Positions 9,909 through 20,564 of a stretch of 64,000 nucleotides of DNA are shown piece by piece. A program made the translations under genes and the position numbers. This DNA comes from an uncultured Actinomycetota bacterium (lineage in GTDB: Bacteria > Actinomycetota > Actinomycetes > JAFAQI01). The stretch covers positions 704,001-768,000 of the forward strand of contig CAVYQE010000011.1 in the NCBI GenBank assembly GCA_963770565.1, given 5' to 3'. The notes under the pieces are model-generated. The model saw nothing but the letters and a program-made list of their open reading frames with translations, had not been told where the DNA came from and did not search any database. Each line of letters begins with the position of its first letter. Positions within the stretch are counted from its first letter, which is position 1.

Positions 9909-12527
9909 TCAGGGCGTGAGCACGACGCTGAGCGTCGTTTCCGCCGTGAACAGGTCGTTCGCGGTGGCGGTCAGCCCGCCGCTCGAGCCCGCCGAACTGG
10001 ACGGCGCGGAGTCGGCGAGCAGCGTGCTGATCCGGCCGCCGCCGGTGCCGATCTCGGAGCTCCGAACTGTCGCGGCAGGCGAGCCGGCCCACGCGGTGAC
10101 GTCCGAGGACTTCACCGCCCAGTACGAAACCACGACGTCGCCCGCGGCGGCCATGCCGACGCTCGGAGTGGCGACTGCGCTTTCGGTCTGATGTGCGCCT
10201 GCACCGGCCAGACCGGGCGCGACCGTCGGGCTGACGCCCGAATACGCCACGACCTGAAGACTGCCCTTGATCGTGGCGGGGAATTGAACGCTGACCGTTG
10301 ACCCCGGGTCCGTCGTCGACGCGACCTTGCTCCACACCATCGTTGTCATGACCGGATTGCGTACCGTGCCGACCGGGGTCCAACCCGCAGGCGTGGCGAT
10401 CGGAGCAGTGCCGACGGCAGAGGCGGTGAGCAGCAGCTCATCGCCGGCATCGGCCGTGGTCGGGATGGTCACACTCGGCGACGCGGAGTCGACGGTCGTT
10501 CCGCTCGCGCCGGAGAACGCGATAGGTGACAAGGGCGGCGCCGGCGAAGAGACCGACGTCGAGCAGATGCCGAATGGTCCGCACAGGTCAGCTGTATCCG
10601 CGTCGGCCGCATGACCCAGCAGCGGAAGGCGGAGCAGTTCCTCGGCCGTCTTCAGCAACGAGTAGTGGGAGAAGTGGGCGCCGGACACGACGTGGGTGGT
10701 GTACGGCGAAATCACGATGTTCGGCACGACGCAGTCGGTGGCCGACGAGGACGTGCAGCTCTCGCCGTTCGAGCCGCCGCGGCCCTCGTCCCAGGTGACA
10801 TCGATCAGCAGGTTCCCGTTCCTGTAGTCGGGGCCCCCGGTCAGAATCGGGATCCACTTCGCCAGCCACGCGTCGCCCCCGGCGACGAGATCCGGGCACG
10901 ACGCGTCGCTGGGCGGCAGCTCGTGCATGTCGTCACAGGGGCCGGGCGTAACAAACGAGAACCCCGGCAGCGTGCCGCCCGTGACCGCGGCGACGAGCGG
11001 ACCGGATGTCGTCGTACCCAGCGGTACGTCGTGGGTCCCACAGTCTCCGGCACTCGGCGCCCCGATCGGCATCGCCGAGTACGACGCCGCCGGGTTGTGC
11101 CGGCCCAGGTAGTACTGGCTCGGCGGCTCGGTGCCGGTCTGGGGAGTGTGGTCGCAGTTGGCCGGCATGTATTCCTCGTAGCTGCGCCAGTTCGGGTCGG
11201 CCTCCGAGAAGATGCTCGGCGCGGCGTAGTAGCCGAGCGAGTCACCCGTCGCGCCCTGAGTGCTGCCGCTGGTCATGGCCAGGTAGTTGGGATAGCTCGG
11301 GTGTGTGACGGCGTGGTAGTCGCTGGTGCTGCCGCACTGTGACAGCAGCGACTTGTCGATGTACGACGCGCTCGGGTCGCCCGGGATTTGGTTGGTCGTG
11401 GTGCCGTAGGAGCGGTTCTCCATCACGATCCAGAGCACCTTGGAGATGTGCGGCGTCTGACCGGCCATCGAGCCGCAGAGCGAGCTCGGGACGGTCGAGT
11501 CCTGGTTCGGCGTCGACAGCCCGAAGTGACCGGCCAGGCTGTTCGTGCCGGCATCCGCGGCGTGCGCGAGGTGCGACAGCCCGAGGAGGTCTTCGACCCC
11601 CTTGGTGATGGAGTAGGCATCGAGGAAGGTCGCGACGTTGCCGCCGTGGTTGTAGGGGTACACCACCCACAACGGCACATGGCAGCTCTCCTGCTTGCCC
11701 GCAAGGTCGGCGGTTTGGTTGGTGCAGTTCTCCCCGGTGGTCGAGTCGGCGCCGGAGCCCTCGTCATCGGTGATGATCAGCGCGGTGGTGCCGGCCTGAT
11801 ACGACGCCGAGGCGACGAACTTCGGCAGGAACTGGCTGAGGAAGGTGTCCTGCGTGCGGAGCGGCGACCCGCCTTCGCCGACGTGATCCTGTGTCGGGGA
11901 GAGCCACGTGAAGCCGGGCAAGGAGTTGGCGTCGAGGGCGGACCAGAATGCTCCGCTGTCGGGCGTTGTCAGCGAGCCGACCGGCACGACGTCGTCAGCG
12001 CAGTCGACGTTGGGGTAGAACAACCAGGGATCATGGCCGATCTTGGTGATGCCTGTGATCGTGGTCTGTTCGCACTTGGACGTTGCGCCTTCTACGAAGT
12101 TGCGCCAACCAACACCGGCGGCGGCCGACTGACTGAACAGGCTCGGTGCGGAGCTGCTGCAGGTTGCAACCGAGCCGCACCCAGGTGGGCTCTTGGCCGG
12201 ATACTGCCCGGCTGTTGCGGCCAGGTAGTTCGCGGCGCTGGTGTGGGTTGCGGCGTACATCTCGGTTGCCACGCCGCAACGTGACGTCAATGTGTTGTTC
12301 ATGTACGGCGCCGAAGCGCTACCCATCACCTGGTCGTAACTTTCGTTCTCCAGATACATCACGACGACGTGCTTGATCGCTGGCGCACTGCCGGCGTTGC
12401 CGCACAATGCGAGGGCACTTGCGGCGTGTGTCGTGCTGGCGCCGGTCGCGACGGTCGCGATGGCGAGAAGAATCGTTGCGAGATAACGGAAAACTGCGGT
12501 GCTACGAGTCTGCCGTCTTCTCATCAA
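9909..12527 (-). CDS. Secreted protein with two tandem phosphoesterase (AcpA/PLC family) domains and a C-terminal beta-rich domain
   Basis: Domain 1: HVVVMYLENESYD...HTSAANYLAATAG...LIITDDEG. Domain 2: KVLWIVMENRSY...HPSYPNYLAMTSG...RHNP...DDMH...VTWDEG...HYSLLKTAE. Confidence 0.85.
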   Translation of the reverse strand: MMRRRQTRSTAVFRYLATILLAIATVATGASTTHAASALALCGNAGSAPAIKHVVVMYLENESYDQVMGSASAPYMNNTLTSRCGVATEMYAATHTSAANYLAATAGQYPAKSPPGCGSVATCSSSAPSLFSQSAAAGVGWRNFVEGATSKCEQTTITGITKIGHDPWLFYPNVDCADDVVPVGSLTTPDSGAFWSALDANSLPGFTWLSPTQDHVGEGGSPLRTQDTFLSQFLPKFVASASYQAGTTALIITDDEGSGADSTTGENCTNQTADLAGKQESCHVPLWVVYPYNHGGNVATFLDAYSITKGVEDLLGLSHLAHAADAGTNSLAGHFGLSTPNQDSTVPSSLCGSMAGQTPHISKVLWIVMENRSYGTTTNQIPGDPSASYIDKSLLSQCGSTSDYHAVTHPSYPNYLAMTSGSTQGATGDSLGYYAAPSIFSEADPNWRSYEEYMPANCDHTPQTGTEPPSQYYLGRHNPAASYSAMPIGAPSAGDCGTHDVPLGTTTSGPLVAAVTGGTLPGFSFVTPGPCDDMHELPPSDASCPDLVAGGDAWLAKWIPILTGGPDYRNGNLLIDVTWDEGRGGSNGESCTSSSATDCVVPNIVISPYTTHVVSGAHFSHYSLLKTAEELLRLPLLGHAADADTADLCGPFGICSTSVSSPAPPLSPIAFSGASGTTVDSASPSVTIPTTADAGDELLLTASAVGTAPIATPAGWTPVGTVRNPVMTTMVWSKVASTTDPGSTVSVQFPATIKGSLQVVAYSGVSPTVAPGLAGAGAHQTESAVATPSVGMAAAGDVVVSYWAVKSSDVTAWAGSPAATVRSSEIGTGGGRISTLLADSAPSSSAGSSGGLTATANDLFTAETTLSVVLTP

Positions 12528-12685
12528 GACACCCCTGAGCTCGGCCGAACGTCACTCGTGCAACGGTTTCGATCAACTCAAAGCGCGTGTGCAGCCTAAG
12601 AACGGCATACCCACGTAATGGCGCCCTCTATCTGAAGGTCCGGCAAACGCTGGGCGACAACTAGTGCATCGCGCGCGGATGAGTC

Positions 12686-13093
12686 CTATTGATTGAGTGG
12701 TTTGCGCTGTTTGACGATCGACCAGGCGAACCATCCTGCAACGGCAAGCAAGCCGAGGCCGACGCAGAACAACGCGATCGGTGTCGATTTAGACGAGGTG
12801 TAGGCGGTGTCACCGGTCGCACGCGCGTTGACGGTCTTGCCGATGTCGCCTCTGTCGACACCGTCGACGGTGCCTAGCACGACGTGACCGTTGCCGAGCA
12901 GGCTGCCACCGGCGACCCAGCTGCCGCTGCAGACGGTCGATCCGCCGTGCAGGCCGTCGACGTGGTGACAGTCGGTGACGGTCACGACCACCTTGGCGCC
13001 GCTCGACTGCTCATGCAATCGCCAGGCTCCGCCGGCAAACACGCCGAGGCCGCAGAGGATCAGCGCGACCGTCAAGCCCTTGAGAATCGCCAT
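12686..13093 (-). CDS. Hypothetical two-TM membrane protein
   Basis: N- and C-terminal hydrophobic helices flank a beta-rich loop with a Cys pair. Confidence 0.6.
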   Translation of the reverse strand: MAILKGLTVALILCGLGVFAGGAWRLHEQSSGAKVVVTVTDCHHVDGLHGGSTVCSGSWVAGGSLLGNGHVVLGTVDGVDRGDIGKTVNARATGDTAYTSSKSTPIALFCVGLGLLAVAGWFAWSIVKQRKPLNQ

Positions 13094-13103
13094 CTCGCGG
13101 TGC

Positions 13104-14744
13104 CTACACCGACCGGCCGTGACCCGCGGTGTAGCGGAGCCAGGATGCGGCACCGATCGCCCGCTTGTAGGTCGGCGGCGGGTCGAGCCGCAGCACCAGC
13201 CGCCCGTTCGACTCGACCAAGGTCGCTCGGTCGCCGACCAGCCATCGGAACGGCGTGGGCAAGGCGATCGGCTTGTCCGGCAGCACGGCGTCGCGTGCGG
13301 TCAGCGGCCGGCGAGCGATCTCCTGCCCCCGGCGGAGCTCGAGGCCGAGGCGGAGCTCGTATCCCGCGGTCGGGCGCAACAACCGTCGCCCCACGCCGGC
13401 CAGCTCGACATCGCCGGCAAAACGAACGCCGCCTTCGGCGGCATCGACAGTCACTGGTCCGGACCAGACCGGGTCGCCGACCCTGGTCGTCACCCTGACC
13501 GTGCCACGCGGCTCGACGCCGGCCAGGCCGTCGAGCAGGTCGTGCACCTGCCCCTCGAGCCGCAGCAGAGTGCCGTCGACCGTGGCGCGCGACACGACCG
13601 CGAGATAGGGGCGCTTCGCCCACCCAAGCTGTTGCCAGCCCTGGTCGGTCACATCCAAGACCGCGTCCGCCCGGGGGTTGTCGGCGTACGCGGCGGTCCA
13701 GCGCAGTCGAGCGTCGGTGGCCACCAGGTCGCTCGACGCCGACTCGGTGACGGCCAGGTCGGCGGCGGCGAGTGCGCGCTCAACGTCGCCCTGGCCGATC
13801 ATGAACGCGCCGATCCGGCAACCGAGCGGGATGTCGTCGTTGCCTGCTGAGCGATCGGGAATCGCGATTCCGGCGCAGTAGTCGCGCGCGGTCTCCATCA
13901 GCTCGCCGCGATCCGCCGGTGCGGCCTCGCGCAGCTCGCGCAGGAAGACCATCAGGTCGAGGGCCAGGAAACGGGCGTCCTTCGCCGCGCGCAGGGCGGC
14001 TGGCGCACCCGAGTCGTCGAGGTAGGCGTCGATCCGGCGGTTGACTTCGATCCGGTCGTGCCAGCGCCTGAGGTCACGGCGGTTGGTGATGGACAGTGCG
14101 CCAGCCGAGCGCCGGACGTTCCAGACGTAGACCAGGTCCGGCACGATCGCGATCCGACCGGCCCGGCAGTAGGCCTCCGTGACGAAGAGCAGGTCCTCAT
14201 AGAGCAGACCGGCCGGAAAGGTCAGCCCGGCCTCCTCCACGAACGAGCGCCGGTAGAGCTTGTTCCACGGTGGCGTGTCGTGCAGCTGCGCGGGCCGATC
14301 GAGGATCCCGTCGAGGACGGTCGCGCTGCGATAGAAGTCGCGGTAGGCGGGGATGTAGCGGGTCGGATCGTGGTGGCGCCGGACGAACTCGCCGCAGGCC
14401 AGGTCGGCATCGGCGCGCTCGGCCGCGCCGGACAGCTTCTCGCAGGCGCGCCGGGTGAGAACGTCGTCGCTGTCGCAGAACATCAGGTACCGGCCGGTCG
14501 CGACCGCCATGCCGTCGTTGCGCGGGGCGCTGCAGCCGCCGCTGTTGGCTTCGCGCCGAAGCACCGTGATCCGCGGGTCAGCGGCGGCGAGCAGCGCCGT
14601 CACGGCCGGCGTCTCGTCGGTCGAGGCGTCGTCGACCACGATGATCTCGATGTCGCGAAGGGTCTGGCGCATGACCGAACGGACCGCGGTGGGCAGATGG
14701 GTGGCGTCGTTGTACCCGATCACGATCACGCTGACGAGCGCCAC
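13104..14744 (-). CDS. Glycosyltransferase family 2 (cell-wall glycopolymer type)
   Basis: VSVIVIGYN, IIVVDDASTD, NSGGCSAPRN, FCDSDD, WNKLYRR, YEDLLF. Leaderless TAGTCT-N6-GTG. Confidence 0.9.
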   Translation of the reverse strand: MALVSVIVIGYNDATHLPTAVRSVMRQTLRDIEIIVVDDASTDETPAVTALLAAADPRITVLRREANSGGCSAPRNDGMAVATGRYLMFCDSDDVLTRRACEKLSGAAERADADLACGEFVRRHHDPTRYIPAYRDFYRSATVLDGILDRPAQLHDTPPWNKLYRRSFVEEAGLTFPAGLLYEDLLFVTEAYCRAGRIAIVPDLVYVWNVRRSAGALSITNRRDLRRWHDRIEVNRRIDAYLDDSGAPAALRAAKDARFLALDLMVFLRELREAAPADRGELMETARDYCAGIAIPDRSAGNDDIPLGCRIGAFMIGQGDVERALAAADLAVTESASSDLVATDARLRWTAAYADNPRADAVLDVTDQGWQQLGWAKRPYLAVVSRATVDGTLLRLEGQVHDLLDGLAGVEPRGTVRVTTRVGDPVWSGPVTVDAAEGGVRFAGDVELAGVGRRLLRPTAGYELRLGLELRRGQEIARRPLTARDAVLPDKPIALPTPFRWLVGDRATLVESNGRLVLRLDPPPTYKRAIGAASWLRYTAGHGRSV

Positions 14745-14827
14745 CGCCGGAGACTATTCCGGACCCGTACCGGCCGCGGAACGGCGGGCCGGGGCCGACC
14801 GACCGGCCCGATACGCTGGATGCCACC

Positions 14828-15589
14828 ATGTTGCCCCCGTTTGGCCGTTTTGCGTATGCCCTCGCCCTGGCCGTTGTGACCGCGCTCAGCACCCCGCACG
14901 CCGCCACCCTGCATCAGCGCGCCTTCCCGAGCTCCGGTGCGGTGGGCTACGACGTCGGCGACTCCTCCTGCTCGACCACGCTGCCGACTGGCGGCTCCTT
15001 CGCCGTCGTGGGCGCGACCGCCGGAAAGCCCTTCCACCCCTCGACCTGCCTGGCGGCCGAGTACGCCTGGGCCAAGACCCTGACCTACCGGCCGCAGTAC
15101 TACATCAACCTCGCCGACCCCGGCCACCGGAGCTCGCACTGGGGCGATGGCGGTCCGCGGACCTGCCACCGTAAGCCCAAGTACGACCTCGGCTGCGCCT
15201 ACGACTACGGCGTGAAGACCGCGACCACGGCGCTGCAGTACGTCAAGGCAGTGGGCAGCACCGGCCAGGGCCGGTGGTGGCTCGACGTCGAGCCCGACAA
15301 CACGTGGGGCACCGGCCGGGCCGGCATCGCGGCCAACCTGGCCGACATCCAGGGCGCCCTGCACTACCTGCGGACCCGGTCGCACGTCTCGGCCGGGATC
15401 TACACCGAGACCAGCTGGTGGCTGCAGATCACCGGCGGCGCTCGGATGTCGCGTACCGCGGTGTGGGGCGGCGGGGCGAACAGCCGGCATCACGCCCGGC
15501 AGAACTGCCGGCCGCATTCGATCACCGGCGGGCGCGCGCTGCTCGCGCAATGGATCACCGGTACGGTCGACCACGACCTCGCCTGCTAG
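14828..15589 (+). CDS. Secreted GH25/DUF1906-like putative glycoside hydrolase
   Basis: Signal peptide; GYDV, FAVVGAT.G, YYINLADPG, AYDYG, WWLDVE, GIYT and terminal DHDLAC. Confidence 0.6.
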   Translation: MLPPFGRFAYALALAVVTALSTPHAATLHQRAFPSSGAVGYDVGDSSCSTTLPTGGSFAVVGATAGKPFHPSTCLAAEYAWAKTLTYRPQYYINLADPGHRSSHWGDGGPRTCHRKPKYDLGCAYDYGVKTATTALQYVKAVGSTGQGRWWLDVEPDNTWGTGRAGIAANLADIQGALHYLRTRSHVSAGIYTETSWWLQITGGARMSRTAVWGGGANSRHHARQNCRPHSITGGRALLAQWITGTVDHDLAC

Positions 15590-15709
15590 CGCTGAATCCT
15601 CGCCATCCGGGGCCGCGCTGAGCACCGCCCGCGGCGGCACCGGCGAATTGCCGCGGCGCGGCCCGCTGTGCGAGCATTCGCCCCGCTCGGAGGCAATGGA
15701 GGGGATCTG

Positions 15710-16816
15710 ATGTCAGCACCGGCCACGGTGACCGGCGGACCGGACCGGCGAACTGCTCGAGGCCACCGGGCACGTCGCACCATCGTTTGTGTTGCCGCGT
15801 TGTCGATCCTGCCCGCGGTCGGCCTGGTGGCTACCGCAACTCCGACCTCAGCCGTACCGACGTACACGTTCATCCAAGTGCCCAACGGCGGCTACGGGGT
15901 CGGGGTCAACCCGAAGACCGACACGATCTACGAGAGTGGCGTCGGCACCGTGTCGGTCATCAACGGCGCAACCGGGAAGGTCACCGCCACCATCGCCGAC
16001 TCGGGCAAGCAGCCCGGTGACATCGCGGTCGACCCGACCAGGAACCTGGTCTACGTCGCCAACGAGGGCTCGGGCACGATCACCGTCATCAACGGAAAGA
16101 CCAACAAGGTCCGCCACACCATCAAGGTCGGCCACGATCCGGTCAGCATCGCCGTCAACACCAAGAAGGACCTCGTCTACGTCGCCAACACCAACTCGAA
16201 CACCGTGTCGGTCATCAACGGCAGGACTGACAAGGTCGCGCACACGGTCAAAGTGCGCCATCACCCAAACTACGTCGCCGTCAACGTCAGGACCGGGACG
16301 GTCTACGCCACCTTCGAGGGCGTCCCGGGCTCGCAGAACGGAAGCACCTACTTCTTCCACGCGGGCGTGGCGGTCATCTCCGGCAAGACGAACAAGGTCA
16401 CCCGGCTGGTCAGGCCGGCCTCGGAGTCCGGCAGCTCGGCCGACGGGGTCGCGGTCGACCCCGGCACCGGCCGGGTGTACGTGGTCTTCGACTACGCGTA
16501 CGGCGCGGTGCTGGTGCTGAACGGCAAGACCGACAAGGTCATCACGAACATCTCCGTCGGCAGCTATCCCAACATGATCGCGCTGAACCCGGCCAAGCAC
16601 CTGATGTACGTCGGGTGGAGCGACGCGAACCAGCAGGGGATCAAGGTGTCGTTCGTCAAGCTGGGCAGCGGCCGGGTCATCGGCAACTACGGCGAGGAGC
16701 AAGGTCAGACCGGTATGGCGATCAACCCGGTCACCAACCGCACCTACATCTCCTCCAACGATCTCTACCTCGGCGGCGACTTCACGACCGGCCTGGAAGT
16801 GATCCACGGCACGTAG
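15710..16816 (+). CDS. Secreted YncE/YVTN beta-propeller protein
   Basis: Repeated P..IAVN..T..VYVAN..S.TVSVING.T units; GGAGGGG RBS. Confidence 0.88.
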   Translation: MSAPATVTGGPDRRTARGHRARRTIVCVAALSILPAVGLVATATPTSAVPTYTFIQVPNGGYGVGVNPKTDTIYESGVGTVSVINGATGKVTATIADSGKQPGDIAVDPTRNLVYVANEGSGTITVINGKTNKVRHTIKVGHDPVSIAVNTKKDLVYVANTNSNTVSVINGRTDKVAHTVKVRHHPNYVAVNVRTGTVYATFEGVPGSQNGSTYFFHAGVAVISGKTNKVTRLVRPASESGSSADGVAVDPGTGRVYVVFDYAYGAVLVLNGKTDKVITNISVGSYPNMIALNPAKHLMYVGWSDANQQGIKVSFVKLGSGRVIGNYGEEQGQTGMAINPVTNRTYISSNDLYLGGDFTTGLEVIHGT

Positions 16817-17004
16817 CCGCCGCGTCGAGCCGGAGATGAATAATCCACGCCCGAGGTTGCTAAGCCGACCCGGTCCGGGGTAGGACGATCTTGCCCCTGG
16901 GTGACCGCATTCGCTGTTACGCCGTCGCGGAGCGGAGCCCAGGAAGCCCGTCCGGCCCACCCGTCCGGCCCGGTCGTGACGGCAACTCTCGACTTGGAGG
17001 CACA

Positions 17005-17646
17005 ATGAGCAGCAGCGGGAGCATCGATCTGAAGCTCGAGGTGGTCGTCATCCCGGTCGCCGATCCGGACCGCTCGAAGGACTTCTACGGGGGCCTCGGC
17101 TGGCGGCTCGATGCCGACTTCCCGTTCGACAACGGCTTCCGGGTCGTTCAGTTCACCCCGCCGGGGTCGGCCACGTCGATCCAGTTCGGCACGAAGATCA
17201 CCTCCGCGGCGCCCGGCTCGGCCCAGGGCCTCTACCTGGTCGTCTCCGATATCCAGGCGGCATGCGATGCGCTGCTGGCCCACGGGGCGAAGGTCAGCGA
17301 GGTCTTCCACTCCGGGACGCCCGGCGCCCAGCTCCAGACGGACGACACCAGCGGGCGGATCAGCGGACCGGCTCCCGACCACAAGACGTACAGCTCGTTC
17401 GCGACGTTCGCCGACCCGGATGGCAACGGCTGGCTGCTCCAGGAGGTCACGTCGCGACTTCCCGGCCGCGTCGACCCCGCTGAGACCGCCTTCGGGTCCG
17501 TCCCCGACCTGGCGGATGCGCTCCGGCGCGCGGCGGCCGCGCACGGCGAGCACGAGAAGCGCATCGGTCAGGCCGACGAGAACTGGCCGGACTGGTACGC
17601 CGCGTACATGGTCGCTGAGCAGACGGGCGTGGACCTGCCGTCATGA
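17005..17646 (+). CDS. VOC/glyoxalase family protein
   Basis: KLEVVVIPVADPDRSKDFY, VQFTPPGS, FADPDGNGWLLQE; GGAGG RBS. Confidence 0.88.
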   Translation: MSSSGSIDLKLEVVVIPVADPDRSKDFYGGLGWRLDADFPFDNGFRVVQFTPPGSATSIQFGTKITSAAPGSAQGLYLVVSDIQAACDALLAHGAKVSEVFHSGTPGAQLQTDDTSGRISGPAPDHKTYSSFATFADPDGNGWLLQEVTSRLPGRVDPAETAFGSVPDLADALRRAAAAHGEHEKRIGQADENWPDWYAAYMVAEQTGVDLPS

Positions 17647-18986
17647 CCGATGCCGACTTCGACGTCATCGTCCTCGGCGCCGGCTCGCCGGGCGAGCATT
17701 GTGCGGGTGCGCTCGCTGCGGGCGGGCTGCGGGTGGCGGTCGTCGAACGCGAGCTGGTCGGCGGTGAGTGCTCGTACTGGGCGTGCATCCCGTCGAAGAC
17801 GCTGCTGCGTCCCGGTGAGGCGGTTCATGCCGCCAACGACGCGGCCGGGTCCGCCACCGTCGACGTGGAGGCGGCCCTTGCCTGGCGTGACTTCATGGTC
17901 TCGGGCTACTCGGACGCCGGTCAGGAGAAGTGGCTGGCCGGCAACGGCATCACCCTGATCCGTGGCAGCGGCCGACTCACCGGCCCCGGTGCGGTCGACG
18001 TGGACGGTGCCCGCCACACCGCCCGGCACGTGGTCATCGCGACCGGCGCGGACGCGGTCGTGCCGCCGATCCCCGGCCTCCGCGAGCTCGACGGGATCTG
18101 GACCAACCGCGAGGTGACCGGCATGAAGGCCGTGCCCCGCCGCCTCCTCGTGCTCGGCGGCGGACCGGTCGGCGTCGAGATGGCCCAGGCGGTACGCCGG
18201 TTCGGCGGTGAGGTCGCAATCGTCGAGAGCGGTGCTCGCGTGCTCGGGCGCGAGGCCGCACCGCTGGGTGAGGCGCTCGGCACCGTGCTGGCGGGCGACG
18301 GCATCGAGCTGCATCTCGGCGTGAGTGCCACGGCGGCCCGGCGGGAGGGCAGCGAGTATGTCGTCGAGCTCGACGATGGAAGCCAGCTACAGGGCGATCA
18401 CCTGTTGGTTGCTACCGGGCGCAAGCCGCGGGTGACGAACCTGGGGCTGGACACGGTCGGCGTCACGGTCGAGGGTCGCGGCGTACCGGTGGATGCGCAG
18501 CTGAGAGTGGCTGACGGGCTGTGGGCGATCGGCGACGCGACCGGGATCTGGCAGCTGACGCACGTCGGCAAGTACCAGGGTGACGTGGTCGCCGCCAACA
18601 TCCTCGGCGAGTCACGGACGGCGAACTACGAGGCAGTGCCGCGGGTCGTCTTCACCGATCCGGAGGCTGCCGCGGTCGGCGATACGACGGCGTCTTTCAG
18701 CGGGACCGCCTTGCTCCGGGAGGTCGCGAAGATGGAGACCTACTCGCGGGCGTATGCCGACAGCAACGGCTTCCTGACGCTGCTCAGCGACGGCGAGCGC
18801 CTCACCGGTGCTTACGCCCTCGGCCCGGAGGCGGGCGAGTGGCTGCAGCAAGCGACGCTGGCGATCCGGGCCAAGGTCCAGCTCGACGTGCTGGTCGACA
18901 CGATTCAGCCGTTCCCGACCTTCTCCGAGATCTACGCTGGCGCGCTCGGCGCGCTTCGTACGTCGATTCGTACACCGGGCGCCTAG
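17643..18986 (+). CDS. Flavin-disulfide oxidoreductase (dihydrolipoyl dehydrogenase-like)
   Basis: [19 protein letters not shown] redox disulfide, [22 protein letters not shown]-coupled to the VOC gene. Confidence 0.9.
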   Translation: MTDADFDVIVLGAGSPGEHCAGALAAGGLRVAVVERELVGGECSYWACIPSKTLLRPGEAVHAANDAAGSATVDVEAALAWRDFMVSGYSDAGQEKWLAGNGITLIRGSGRLTGPGAVDVDGARHTARHVVIATGADAVVPPIPGLRELDGIWTNREVTGMKAVPRRLLVLGGGPVGVEMAQAVRRFGGEVAIVESGARVLGREAAPLGEALGTVLAGDGIELHLGVSATAARREGSEYVVELDDGSQLQGDHLLVATGRKPRVTNLGLDTVGVTVEGRGVPVDAQLRVADGLWAIGDATGIWQLTHVGKYQGDVVAANILGESRTANYEAVPRVVFTDPEAAAVGDTTASFSGTALLREVAKMETYSRAYADSNGFLTLLSDGERLTGAYALGPEAGEWLQQATLAIRAKVQLDVLVDTIQPFPTFSEIYAGALGALRTSIRTPGA

Positions 18987-18999
18987 GCGCCCGATGTAC
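18970..18999. terminator. Near-perfect 30-bp palindrome centred on the oxidoreductase stop codon
   Basis: GTACA c CGGGCGCCTAGGCGCCCG a TGTAC. Confidence 0.55.
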
Positions 19000-19030
19000 C
19001 CCAGTTCGCGCGTAGTAGAGGACGGCTGAG

Positions 19031-19912
19031 GTGCCCTGGCTACCCGACTTCGTCAGTGCGGTGGAGCTGGCCCGGGTGCAGACTCGCGATGCCGCGCTCG
19101 CCGACCCGGCCGCGTCGTACCTGCAGGCGCTCAGTCGCGGCGAGACCCGCGACCTGGAGGCCGCCTGGCCGGGCAAGGTCGTGGTCTACGACCCCCGCGC
19201 CGGGGAGATCAGGGGTCACCACCGGCTCCGCAGGTTCATCCACGACAACCACGCCTGGTTCGACGCGCACGACGCGCGGATCGAGCGGGTGGCGTCCACC
19301 TGCGCCGGCCGGCGGGCGGTCCTGGAGCTGCTAGTGCGCCTGACCGTCGATGACGGAGAGCAGGTCGCCTGGCCGATCGCCGTCGTGGCCGAGTCGCCCG
19401 ACGACCTGTCGGTGGTGTTCCGCACGTACTGCAGCCAATGGCCGGTCTCCGGGCAGCGGCCCGTCCGAGCGGCCATCCTGCCTCCGGGCGACGAAGGCCT
19501 CGCCGACGTGGTCGCCCGCTTCCACTCGGCGCTGGACTCCGGTGACGCCGAAGCGATCGTGAACGCCTTCGCCGCCGACGGGTACTACGGCGAGCCGATC
19601 GGCCGGCATCCGGTCCACCACGGCGCCGCCGAGCTTCGCGATTTCTTCGCCGAGCGGCTACGCGACGGCGGGATCGGCCTGCAGCACTGCGCGGTCACCG
19701 ACGACGGGGTCCGTTGCGCGCTGGAGTACAACTGCGTCCGCTGGGGCTCCGAGGACCTGGCCCCGCAAGCGGGAATAGGTGTCTACGAGCGTCGGCCGGA
19801 CGGATTGCTGGCTGCGGCCCGCGTGTACGACGACGTCGTACCCCCGACTATCGGCCATGGGGCCGGGGTACGCCAGGAAGTCAACAACCCGACGCGGTCG
19901 AAAGGCGGCTAA
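19031..19912 (+). CDS. Tandem SnoaL/NTF2-like domain protein
   Basis: VVARFHSALDSGDAEAIVNAFAADG...CALEYN...AAARVYDD; the N-terminal half has a similar pattern. Confidence 0.7.
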   Translation: MPWLPDFVSAVELARVQTRDAALADPAASYLQALSRGETRDLEAAWPGKVVVYDPRAGEIRGHHRLRRFIHDNHAWFDAHDARIERVASTCAGRRAVLELLVRLTVDDGEQVAWPIAVVAESPDDLSVVFRTYCSQWPVSGQRPVRAAILPPGDEGLADVVARFHSALDSGDAEAIVNAFAADGYYGEPIGRHPVHHGAAELRDFFAERLRDGGIGLQHCAVTDDGVRCALEYNCVRWGSEDLAPQAGIGVYERRPDGLLAAARVYDDVVPPTIGHGAGVRQEVNNPTRSKGG

Positions 19913-20490
19913 TGATGAGGTCCGACATCGTGCCGGGCGGCGTGTTTCCCGACTACTCACTCCCTGACCACACCGGCACCGTCCGCTCGCTGTCCGAGGT
20001 GCAGGGCGACGACCCGATGATCCTCACGCTCGCGCGCGGCCACTACTGCCCGAAGGAGCATCAGCAGCATCGGGAGCTGGCGGGCTTCCAGTCGAAGGTC
20101 GCGGTCGCGTACACCCAGATCGCGACGATCGCGACCGACGAGCACCACACCCTGCAGGAGTTCCGCCTAGCGGTCGGCGCCCAGTGGCCGTTCTTCTCCG
20201 ACCCGGAACGGACCGTCCAGCGCGACCTCGACATCAAGGAGTACACCGACCCGGACAACGACCCGATGATCCCGCACACCTTCGTGCTGAAGCCGGGGCT
20301 GGTGATTCACACGATCTACAACGGTTATTGGTTCTGGGGCCGGCCGTCGGTGGTCGAGCTGTGGCACGACCTGCGCGTCGCGTTCAGCGAGGTCCGGCCG
20401 GACTGGGATCTCAGCAAGCCCGGCCTGCGGGAGGCGTGGGACGCCGGCGACTACTCGCCGTTCCACGGTTGGGACAAGAAGGCCAAGTAA
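19912..20490 (+). CDS. Redoxin (AhpC/TSA-like) domain protein
   Basis: PGGVFPDYSLPD, LARGHYCPKE, FFSDPER, PHTFVLKPG, GYWFWGRPS. Confidence 0.8.
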   Translation: MMRSDIVPGGVFPDYSLPDHTGTVRSLSEVQGDDPMILTLARGHYCPKEHQQHRELAGFQSKVAVAYTQIATIATDEHHTLQEFRLAVGAQWPFFSDPERTVQRDLDIKEYTDPDNDPMIPHTFVLKPGLVIHTIYNGYWFWGRPSVVELWHDLRVAFSEVRPDWDLSKPGLREAWDAGDYSPFHGWDKKAK

Positions 20491-20503
20491 CCGACGCTCC
20501 GCC

Positions 20504-20559
20504 CGCTCGCCGCTCGTCGCTCGCCGCTCGTCGCTCGTCGCTCGTCGCTCGTCGCTCGA
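20504..20559. repeat. Heptanucleotide tandem repeat (CGCTCGY)x8
   Basis: Eight consecutive CGCTCG(C/T/A) units between convergent stop codons. Confidence 0.95.
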
Positions 20560-20564
20560 CGCCG

